This document shows positions 38,269-45,861 of a DNA stretch of 64,000 nucleotides, one piece after another; position 1 is the stretch's first letter; each line of letters opens with the position of its first letter. The stretch is from Parasphingopyxis sp. (GTDB lineage: Bacteria; Pseudomonadota; Alphaproteobacteria; Sphingomonadales; Sphingomonadaceae), in NCBI RefSeq assembly GCF_052168295.1, contig NZ_JBQLZN010000056.1, positions 758 through 64,757 of the forward strand, read 5' to 3'. The notes beneath the pieces were generated by a model. The model searched no databases. It saw nothing but the letters and a program-made list of their open reading frames with translations, and was not told where the DNA came from. The translations under genes and the position numbers were made by a program.

Positions 38269-39438
38269 TCAGCGCTCGGGCAGTCCGTCCCGCAACAGCC
38301 GGATGACGTTGCCGCCCATGATCTGCGCGATCTCGCCCTCGCTCAGCCCTTCGTCCATCAAGAGCTGCGTGATGATGGCCAGTTCGCTCGTGTCGAAGCC
38401 GACGGTCGTCGCGCCGTCATAGTCCGACCCCAGTCCGACATGGCGGATGCCGACCAGATCGCGGACGTGGAGGATGGACGCGACGACATCTGCCGGTTCG
38501 TAGGAACAGATCGCCCCGTCCCAATAGCCGATCCCGATCACGCCGTCGGTCGCCGCGACGGCCGTGATCTGCTCGTCGGTGAGGTTGCGATTGACGTCGC
38601 ACACCGCTTGGACGCCGCCATGGCTGGAGACGACGGGCCGCGTCGCCATGGCGAGGATATCGTCGACCATGGCGGGGCTCGCATGCGCGATATCGACGAT
38701 CATGCCGTCCTGCTCCATGCGGCGGACGATCTCGCGGCCGAATTCGGTCAGCCCGCCTTTTTCGATGCCGTGCATCGACCCGCCAAGCTCGTTGTCGAAG
38801 AAATGGGTCGGGCTCGCCATACGGTATCCGGCGTCGAACAACCGGTCGAAATTCGCGGCCTCGCCCTCCAGATTGTGCAGCCCTTCGATCGACAGTAGCG
38901 CGCCGGTCACCGGCTCGCCGCGCTGCCGGTCGGCGAGCAGCGCATCGATATCGGCGCGGGTGCGCACGATGCGCAGTGCGCCCTCGCTGTCGGCTTCGGC
39001 GCGGACGAGGCGGTCGGCATGGTAGAGCGAGCGTTCGAGCAGCGAGAACCAGGTGCGGACCGGCTGGAGCTGGCCGATGGCGAGCCAGATAATCGTGTCG
39101 CTGTCGGACGGGTTGGAATCGTAATTCTGGCCGGATGGCGATTTGGTGACCGAGGAAAAGACCTGCAGCGCGACATTGCCCTCTTCGAGCCGCGGCAGGT
39201 CCATATGCCCGCGGCCCGCGCGGTTCAGCAGGTTGCGGTCCCAGAGCAGGGTGTCGCTGTGCAGATCGGCGACGATCAGCCGCTCGTGCAGCGCCTCGGC
39301 CTGTTCCGAGATCGCCGGCAGCGCGACATCGGCGCGCTTGTTCATGTCCCGCTCGATCCAGATCGGGCCGAGCGTGAAGAAGAGCGCGAGCGCGCCGCCG
39401 ATAAGCAGGATTAGGCCGAACAGGATTTTGCGGATCAT
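38269..39438 (-). CDS. Membrane-anchored dipeptidase (M19 family)
   Basis: DLHSD, SIEG, DIAH, SSHG and GLGSDYDG metal and catalytic motifs. N-terminal TM helix. Confidence 0.88.
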   Translation of the reverse strand: MIRKILFGLILLIGGALALFFTLGPIWIERDMNKRADVALPAISEQAEALHERLIVADLHSDTLLWDRNLLNRAGRGHMDLPRLEEGNVALQVFSSVTKSPSGQNYDSNPSDSDTIIWLAIGQLQPVRTWFSLLERSLYHADRLVRAEADSEGALRIVRTRADIDALLADRQRGEPVTGALLSIEGLHNLEGEAANFDRLFDAGYRMASPTHFFDNELGGSMHGIEKGGLTEFGREIVRRMEQDGMIVDIAHASPAMVDDILAMATRPVVSSHGGVQAVCDVNRNLTDEQITAVAATDGVIGIGYWDGAICSYEPADVVASILHVRDLVGIRHVGLGSDYDGATTVGFDTSELAIITQLLMDEGLSEGEIAQIMGGNVIRLLRDGLPER

Positions 39439-39923
39439 GATTTGCGTTCCAAGGTCACGAAACTATAGGCGGGCCGGTCATTCTCGGCCGGATGGTCTTC
39501 GCGCGCCGTCTCCACCCAGTCGTCCGGGTCGAACGGGTCCATCCGCGTGTCCCCCTCGGCTTCGACATGCACTTCGGTGAGTTCGATCCGGTCGGCATGG
39601 TCGAGGAAAAGCGCGTAAATTTGCGCACCGCCGATAATCGCGATCTCCTCGCTGTCATCGTCAGCCAGTCGCAAGGCCTCTTCGCGCGAACGCGCGATCT
39701 CTGCGCCTTCCGGCGACCAATCTGTGGAGCGTGTGAGCACGATATGCCGGCGGCCGGGCAGGGGTGCGGGAAAGCTTTCGAACGTCCGGCGGCCCATGAT
39801 CATCGGGCGGCCCATTGTGTTCGCCTTGAAGCGCTTTAGATCGGCGGGAATGTGCCAGGGCAGCTTTCCATCCCGCCCGATCACGCCGTTATCGGCGCGC
39901 GCGAGATGGAAGACGATCGTCAC
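39435..39923 (-). CDS. folA: Dihydrofolate reductase
   Basis: [31 protein letters not shown] and IIGGAQIY motifs. Confidence 0.96.
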   Translation of the reverse strand: MTIVFHLARADNGVIGRDGKLPWHIPADLKRFKANTMGRPMIMGRRTFESFPAPLPGRRHIVLTRSTDWSPEGAEIARSREEALRLADDDSEEIAIIGGAQIYALFLDHADRIELTEVHVEAEGDTRMDPFDPDDWVETAREDHPAENDRPAYSFVTLERKS

Positions 39924-40714
39924 ACCGCCACCGGCGCGGGGATATGCGGGGCGGCCTCGTAACCGACGATCTCGAAATCTTCATATTCATAGCCGTCGAT
40001 ACTGCCCGGGTCGCGCAGGATGTTGAGCGTCGGCAGCGGGCCCGGCGTGCGGCTGAGCTGTTCCTTCACCTGTTCGAGATGGTTGGAATAGAGATGGCAG
40101 TCGCCGCCGGTCCAGATGAAGTCGCCCGGCTCGAGCCCGCATTGCTGGGCGAGCATATGCGTAAGCAGCGCATAGCTGGCGATGTTGAACGGCACGCCGA
40201 GGAAGACGTCGCAGCTGCGCTGGTAGAGCTGGAGCGAGAGCCGGCCGTCCGCGACATGGGTCTGGAACAGGCAATGGCAGGGCGGCAGCGCCATGTTCGG
40301 CACGTCTGCCGGATTCCAGGCCGAGACGATCTGGCGGCGCGAGGCGGGGTTGTTCTGGATCTGCTCGACGAGCCCCGCGATCTGATCGATATGGACGCCG
40401 CCCGGGCCGACCCAGTCGCGCCACTGCTTGCCGTAGACGGGCCCGAGATCGCCATTCTCGTCGGCCCATTCGTCCCAGATGCTTACCTTGCGGTCCTGCA
40501 GCCAGCGGACATTCGTGTCGCCGCGCAAAAACCATAACAATTCTATAATGATAGAGCGGATATGGAGCTTTTTCGTGGTCAGTAGCGGGAAGCCGTCCGA
40601 AAGGTCGAAGCGCATCTGATGGCCGAACACCGAAAGGGTGCCGACGCCGGTCCGGTCGTCCTGCCGCACGCCTTTGTCGAGAATCCGCTGCATGAGATCG
40701 TGATATTGCTGCAT
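39920..40714 (-). CDS. thyA: Thymidylate synthase
   Basis: [30 protein letters not shown] and GDCHLY motifs. Confidence 0.98.
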   Translation of the reverse strand: MQQYHDLMQRILDKGVRQDDRTGVGTLSVFGHQMRFDLSDGFPLLTTKKLHIRSIIIELLWFLRGDTNVRWLQDRKVSIWDEWADENGDLGPVYGKQWRDWVGPGGVHIDQIAGLVEQIQNNPASRRQIVSAWNPADVPNMALPPCHCLFQTHVADGRLSLQLYQRSCDVFLGVPFNIASYALLTHMLAQQCGLEPGDFIWTGGDCHLYSNHLEQVKEQLSRTPGPLPTLNILRDPGSIDGYEYEDFEIVGYEAAPHIPAPVAV

Positions 40715-40918
40715 CCTGCGCGCCTTATGGCCGAGCGCGCGATATGCGCCAAGCGATAGAATTCGGTCCGATGTGGAAGTTTCCCACCCTAATCACTGCT
40801 ATCCCCAAATTATCTTGATCCGATATGGACCGGACCGCGTTTTCATCCGATTTCGAGCCTGTATGAATTTGTGTTCGAGAATTCAGGGTCTCGGACAAAT
40901 CGGAAAGGGGGGTGGCGA

Positions 40919-41308
40919 ATGGTCATCCAGGGGTCGCCGATGGTCGGCGGGTTCAGCAATGAGGACTTTTTCGCACCCCTGGTGCTCGGCCGCGACATCG
41001 AACATGCGGTCGTCGCCCATCTCGATGCCGATGGCCGGCTCGTCGCGATCAGTAGCGCCGAAGGCAATCGCGATTGCATCATCCTGCCCTTCCGCCAGAT
41101 CGTGGCCGACGCGCTCTCCCACGAAGGCCATGCCGTGCTGATCGCCCATAACCATCCGAGCGGCGATCCGACTCCGAGCGAAGCCGATATCGAGACGACG
41201 CGGAAGCTCGCGGACCTGCTCCGCCCGTTGAGCATCCGCATCTACGATCACCTGATCCTGACGAGCGCAGGCGATTCCACGAGCTTCCGGAAGCTGGGCT
41301 GGCTTTAG
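40919..41308 (+). CDS. Stand-alone RadC-type JAB domain protein
   Basis: AHNHPSGDPTPSEAD and DHLI...SFR.LG.L motifs. Confidence 0.85.
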   Translation: MVIQGSPMVGGFSNEDFFAPLVLGRDIEHAVVAHLDADGRLVAISSAEGNRDCIILPFRQIVADALSHEGHAVLIAHNHPSGDPTPSEADIETTRKLADLLRPLSIRIYDHLILTSAGDSTSFRKLGWL

Positions 41309-41326
41309 GAAATCAGTCGCCGAAAA

Positions 41327-41342
41327 TTAACAGATTGTTGAC
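41327..41342. promoter_or_regulatory. Candidate CtrA site upstream of the c-di-GMP/BLUF operon
   Basis: TTAA-CAGATTG-TTGAC, one mismatch to TTAA-N7-TTAAC. Confidence 0.35.
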
Positions 41343-41401
41343 GTTCGGATGCCAATCAGCCCCGAGCGGTCGGGGCAGTGTGGGGGACGTGGAGATTATG
41401 C

Positions 41402-43441
41402 GTGCGCGTGCTCACATGTCTGGTCGAGGACCACAATCTGTCGCTGGTGCTGCTGGCCGTGCTGATGTGCCTTGTCGGCTCGTACGTTTCGGTAAGGCTC
41501 TTTCATCGCACGATCGTCGAGAAAGATTCTGCTAGATTCTATTGGTGCTTTCTTTCCGCGCTAACGGCCGGTGCGGCGATTTGGGCGACCCATTTCATCG
41601 CCATGCTCGGTTACAGGCCGAACGCGCCGGTCACCTTCGACGGTCCGCTCACAATCTTCTCGGCCTTGATCGCGGTGGGCGGCACTGCCATCGGGCTTCT
41701 CTTCGCGATGCACCGCAACAGGCGGATTGCCATTTGGTGCGGTGGAGGCACGATCGGATTGGCCATCGCCGCGATGCATTATGTCGGCATGTTCGCCTAT
41801 CGCGTCGATGGCATGGTGAGCTGGATTCCCAGCTATGTATTCACCTCTATCGCGGTCGCCGTTCTTCTGTGCGCGGCACTCGTCGGTCGGTTGAGCAAGA
41901 TGTCCGGGCCGCTGGATGTGATGGCGTCGGTCGCGCTGCTGTCGGCGGCAATTGCGGGCCTGCATTTCACTGGGATGGCGGCCTTCGTCGTAACGCCGCT
42001 AGCGGGGGTCAGTGTTGGTGCGGATAGTGCGGCATTCACGGCGATGGCCACGGCGATAGCGCTTGTCGCTTTTCTCATCGTCGGTGCTGGCATCTCGACG
42101 CATTTGCTCGAGCGCAAAACGCAATCCGACTCGCAGGCGCGGCTGCAGCATATCGCCTTGCACGACGCATTGACCGAGATCGCCAACCGCCGCGGTTTCA
42201 CGGCAGCGTTGGAGGATGAGTGCCAGAAGCTTCGCCGGTATGGCCGGCCGTTCGCCCTGATGCTCATCGATCTCGACCGCTTCAAGCCGATCAACGACAC
42301 GCTGGGCCATCCAGTCGGAGATGAAGTGCTGCGCCGGGTCGCGGCGCGCATCAAAAGGGCTATTCGTCACGGCGATTTCCTGGCCCGTCCCGGCGGCGAT
42401 GAGTTTGCAGTCATCGCCTATGGTATCGGCGAGGAAGCCGATGCAGTTCATATGGCGGAACGGATCGTCGAGATACTCGACCGCCCCTACATCGTCGATG
42501 GCAACGTGGCCGAGCTGGGCGCAAGCGTCGGCATTGCGCTCGCCCCGGACCATGGCTCAACCGCCGATGAGCTTGTGCAGCGGACGGATGTCGCGCTCTA
42601 TACCGCGAAGCAGGAGGGCAAGGGCCGGTCCTGTATTTTCCGGCACGAGCTCAGCGATGCACTCGAACGCCGGCGGTTGATCGAAGCCGATTTGCGGCGC
42701 GCGTGCATGCGCGACGATTTCAACCTCGTCTACCAGCCGATCACCGATACCGCGACCGGGCGTATCACGGGCGCGGAGGCCCTGTTGAGGTGGACCTGCG
42801 CGGATCGCGGCGAGGTTTCGCCTGCGGAATTCATCCCCATCGCCGAAGAGCTTGGCCTGGTTTCGCGGATCGGCGCGGGTGTGCTCAAGCAGGCCTGTCT
42901 CGATGCGGCCGAGTGGCCCGATACGATCGATCTTTCGGTCAATATCTCGCCCGTTCAGCTTCTCGACCCCCGCCTGCCGCAGCTTGTGTCGCAGGCACTG
43001 GACGAATCGGCGCTGGATCCAGCCCGCCTCGAGCTTGAGATCACCGAGACGGCCCTGCTGGGCAATGACGAGATCGCAATGGAGATCCTGCAACAGATCA
43101 GGGATCTCGGCGTGCGTATCTCCCTCGATGATTTCGGGACCGGATACTCGTCGCTCAGCTATCTGCATCGGTTCCCGATCAGCCGCATCAAGATCGACAA
43201 GTCTTTCGTTAGGCAACTGCCGGGCGATCAGAATAGCGTTTCGATCATCCGCGCCATTTCGCAGCTCGGCCGGAGCATGGACTTGAGGATCACCGCTGAA
43301 GGCATCGAGACGCAGGACCAGCTCGACTTCGTGTCGCAGCAGGGTTGCGATAACTTGCAGGGCTTCCTGATCAGCCATCCCATCAGCTCGACCGATCTAG
43401 TGAATATGTTGAATCCCGCCGTCGAAAGATCAGCCGCATGA
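41402..43441 (+). CDS. MHYT-GGDEF-EAL c-di-GMP signalling protein
   Basis: Three MHYT-like repeats (THFIAM, MHYVGM, LHFTGM). RxxD (RHGD) five residues before an intact GGDEF. Intact EAL, DDFGTGYSSL and EGIET. GTG start with GGAG upstream. Confidence 0.92.
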   Translation: MRVLTCLVEDHNLSLVLLAVLMCLVGSYVSVRLFHRTIVEKDSARFYWCFLSALTAGAAIWATHFIAMLGYRPNAPVTFDGPLTIFSALIAVGGTAIGLLFAMHRNRRIAIWCGGGTIGLAIAAMHYVGMFAYRVDGMVSWIPSYVFTSIAVAVLLCAALVGRLSKMSGPLDVMASVALLSAAIAGLHFTGMAAFVVTPLAGVSVGADSAAFTAMATAIALVAFLIVGAGISTHLLERKTQSDSQARLQHIALHDALTEIANRRGFTAALEDECQKLRRYGRPFALMLIDLDRFKPINDTLGHPVGDEVLRRVAARIKRAIRHGDFLARPGGDEFAVIAYGIGEEADAVHMAERIVEILDRPYIVDGNVAELGASVGIALAPDHGSTADELVQRTDVALYTAKQEGKGRSCIFRHELSDALERRRLIEADLRRACMRDDFNLVYQPITDTATGRITGAEALLRWTCADRGEVSPAEFIPIAEELGLVSRIGAGVLKQACLDAAEWPDTIDLSVNISPVQLLDPRLPQLVSQALDESALDPARLELEITETALLGNDEIAMEILQQIRDLGVRISLDDFGTGYSSLSYLHRFPISRIKIDKSFVRQLPGDQNSVSIIRAISQLGRSMDLRITAEGIETQDQLDFVSQQGCDNLQGFLISHPISSTDLVNMLNPAVERSAA

Positions 43442-43890
43442 CCATCGAAACCCAGGACGACACACTGTGCAGATTGCTATATACCAGCCGGCTCGCGGCC
43501 AAGGAGCCCGAGGATGCTGCCGCCACGGTACCGGCAGCAATCGCCGAACACGCCACGCGGCGTAATGCTGCATCCGGCATCACCGGCATCCTGCTTTTTG
43601 TCGACGGGCAGTTCATCCAGATTCTGGAGGGACCGGCCTCGGAAGTCGAGGCCACGTTCGAGAGAATCTGCCAGGATTTTCGGCATGAAGACCTGAAGCT
43701 CATCGATCTGATCAATGTCGACGAGCGCATCTTTCCCGAATGGCATATGGCGTTTCTCGGTACCGATTCGGAAACACGGATCGCGTTGCTGAACGAACTC
43801 GAGGAGATCAAATTTCTCGTGGGGGTCAATGCGCGCCAGGCGGTCGAGCAGATGCGGAACTTGCTGGACGAACAGCTCGAAGCGGCTTGA
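43438..43890 (+). CDS. Stand-alone BLUF blue-light photoreceptor
   Basis: LLYTS (Tyr), RNA..GITG.L, F.Q.LEG (Gln), D.RH and F..W.M. ATGA overlap with the upstream gene. Confidence 0.9.
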   Translation: MTIETQDDTLCRLLYTSRLAAKEPEDAAATVPAAIAEHATRRNAASGITGILLFVDGQFIQILEGPASEVEATFERICQDFRHEDLKLIDLINVDERIFPEWHMAFLGTDSETRIALLNELEEIKFLVGVNARQAVEQMRNLLDEQLEAA

Positions 43891-43927
43891 CAGAATATCG
43901 AAAGACCGGCGCGACCCTCGCTTTGCG

Positions 43928-44623
43928 TCAATCCTGCCCGCAGGGCTCAATATCGCCGGGTTCCGGCCGTTCGCCGACCGTTTCGAACATCGCGAAATAG
44001 CCCCCGATATTGGGCATCGCGCGATAGACGACGCGACGATAGCCGACGGCTTCGAATTCGCAGTTGAGCAGGTCTGGCGGCGTGCCGTGGCGGTTCGTGG
44101 GCCTGTCGGCATCGACAACGACGACGCGGCCGCCGTCGCGCAGCGCGGGGCGCATGTTCCAGAGAAATTCGTACGGGCTTTCGATCTCGTGATACATATG
44201 GACCATGAAGATCCGGTCGAAACTGTCGGGCGGGAGTTTCGGATCGGCGAATTCACCTAGCCGCACGCTGACATTGTCGAGCTGCTCGCGCGTCACGCGT
44301 TCGGCGAGCCGGTCTCGCGTTTCGGGGATGACGTCCTGCGCGAGCACCCGTCCGCTATCGCCGACGCGCGGGGCGAGGCGGATCGTGTAATAGCCATTGC
44401 CCGCGCCGATATCGGCGACGGTCATGCCTTTCTCGATATCGGCCATGTCCATGACGGTTTCGGCCTCGTTCACCCGGTCGCGCGATTCCTCGTCCGAAAA
44501 CTGGCTGGCCGTGATGTCGGAGACCGGCCGGTCGGCAGGCGGGAAGGTCGATTTGTCGTCGCGCGAAACGATATCGCAGGCTCCGACGACCAACAGCAAA
44601 AGACATGCGGCCAAGCGCATCAC
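43928..44623 (-). CDS. Class I SAM-dependent methyltransferase with a lipoprotein-like signal
   Basis: MMRLAACLLLLVVGAC N-terminus, VADIGAGNGYY motif I and MVHMYHE. Confidence 0.8.
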   Translation of the reverse strand: MMRLAACLLLLVVGACDIVSRDDKSTFPPADRPVSDITASQFSDEESRDRVNEAETVMDMADIEKGMTVADIGAGNGYYTIRLAPRVGDSGRVLAQDVIPETRDRLAERVTREQLDNVSVRLGEFADPKLPPDSFDRIFMVHMYHEIESPYEFLWNMRPALRDGGRVVVVDADRPTNRHGTPPDLLNCEFEAVGYRRVVYRAMPNIGGYFAMFETVGERPEPGDIEPCGQD

Positions 44624-45747
44624 TCTATATCCTCGACCTCGACTTGTTCCCCTGTCACGCGCTGGGATAGCGCCGCGGCCATGAACTTGTCGAGTTCCCC
44701 GTCGAGCACGTCGGACGGGGAGGAGGAGGTGACGCCGGTCCGCAGGTCCTTCACCATCTGATACGGCTGGAGGACATAGGAGCGGATCTGGTTGCCCCAG
44801 CCGATATCCGTCTTGCTGGCTTCGACGGCATTCGCTTCTTCCTCGCGACGCCGCAGTTCCGCTTCGTAGAGCCGTGCTTTCAGCATGCTCATCGCTTCGG
44901 CCCGGTTCTTGTGCTGGGAGCGCTGCGATTGCGAGGCGACGACGATGCCTGTCGGTTCGTGCGTGATGCGCACGGCGCTATCGGTCGTATTCACATGCTG
45001 GCCGCCGGCGCCCGAGGCGCGGAACGTATCGACGCGCAGATCGCTCTCGTTGATCTCGATCTCGATATCCTCGTCGATCACCGGATAGACCCAGACGCTC
45101 GAAAAACTCGTATGGCGGCGCGCGGAGCTGTCATAGGGCGAGATGCGGACGAGCCGGTGGACCCCACTCTCGGTCTTCGCATAGCCATAGGCGTTCTCGC
45201 CCTTGAGCAGCAGCGTGACCGCCTTCACGCCCGCCTGTTCGCCCGCATGATAGTCGACGATCTCGACCTTGAAGCCGCGCCGCTCGGCCCAGCGCTGGTA
45301 CATGCGCTGAAGCATTTCGGCCCAGTCCTGGCTTTCGGTGCCGCCGGCGCCCGCGTGAATCTCGAGATATGTGTCATTGCCATCGGCCTCGCCGGCGAGC
45401 AGCGCCTCGGTCTTGTCGCGCTCGGCCCGTTCGGCCAGCGCTGCCAGCGCGGCCACGGCATCGTCGACCAGCCCGTCATCGCCTTCGGCTTCCGCCAGTT
45501 CGATCATCTCGGCGGCATCGTCGCGCTCTTGGCTGATCTTGCGGACGGCCGTCATCGCGGCATCGAGCCGGCCGCGCTCGCGCATCACCTCGCGGGCCGC
45601 CTTGGGATCGTCCCAGAGCGATGCGTCCTCCACCTTGGTATTCAGTTCGTCGAGCCGCTCCTTCGCGACATCCCAGTCGAGAAAGCGGCGGAGCAGGCCG
45701 ACGGCCTGATTGATCTGATCGATATAGGCTTGCGCTTCGGCGCGCAT
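44620..45747 (-). CDS. prfB: Peptide chain release factor 2 (no programmed frameshift)
   Basis: GAGGTE..DWA, SPY..S.RRHTSF, GAGGQHVN and WGNQIRSYVL. Continuous ORF. Confidence 0.96.
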   Translation of the reverse strand: MRAEAQAYIDQINQAVGLLRRFLDWDVAKERLDELNTKVEDASLWDDPKAAREVMRERGRLDAAMTAVRKISQERDDAAEMIELAEAEGDDGLVDDAVAALAALAERAERDKTEALLAGEADGNDTYLEIHAGAGGTESQDWAEMLQRMYQRWAERRGFKVEIVDYHAGEQAGVKAVTLLLKGENAYGYAKTESGVHRLVRISPYDSSARRHTSFSSVWVYPVIDEDIEIEINESDLRVDTFRASGAGGQHVNTTDSAVRITHEPTGIVVASQSQRSQHKNRAEAMSMLKARLYEAELRRREEEANAVEASKTDIGWGNQIRSYVLQPYQMVKDLRTGVTSSSPSDVLDGELDKFMAAALSQRVTGEQVEVEDIE

Positions 45748-45780
45748 GAGATTCTCCGAACTGTGTGGGGGACCCTCTAG

Positions 45781-45853
45781 CCGCTCGCCCTGAGCTTGTC
45801 GAAGGGCGTTTTGCGGCGTGCGGGACGGGCGTCGATACGCTGCGCCCTGACGG
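45781..45853. repeat. REP-like palindromic element between the PBP1A gene and prfB
   Basis: Left arm CCGCTCGCCCTGAGCTTGTCGAAGGGC and degenerate right arm GGGCGTCGATACGCTGCGCCCTGACGG. Shares TGTCGAAGGGCGTT with the ileS element. Confidence 0.7.
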
Positions 45854-45861
45854 TTCAACGG

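Noticed and set aside
40919-41308. JAB domain gene as part of an anti-phage (CBASS/ubiquitin-like) system
   Set aside because: The motif is RadC-type (HNHPSG), and no cyclase, E1/E2, ubiquitin-like or effector genes are adjacent.
45748-45858. N-terminal extension of RF2 in the ORF track (…ALRQAQGER…)
   Set aside because: It is the translation of the REP-like element. The conserved RF2 start MRAE with an upstream GGAGA RBS is at 45747.
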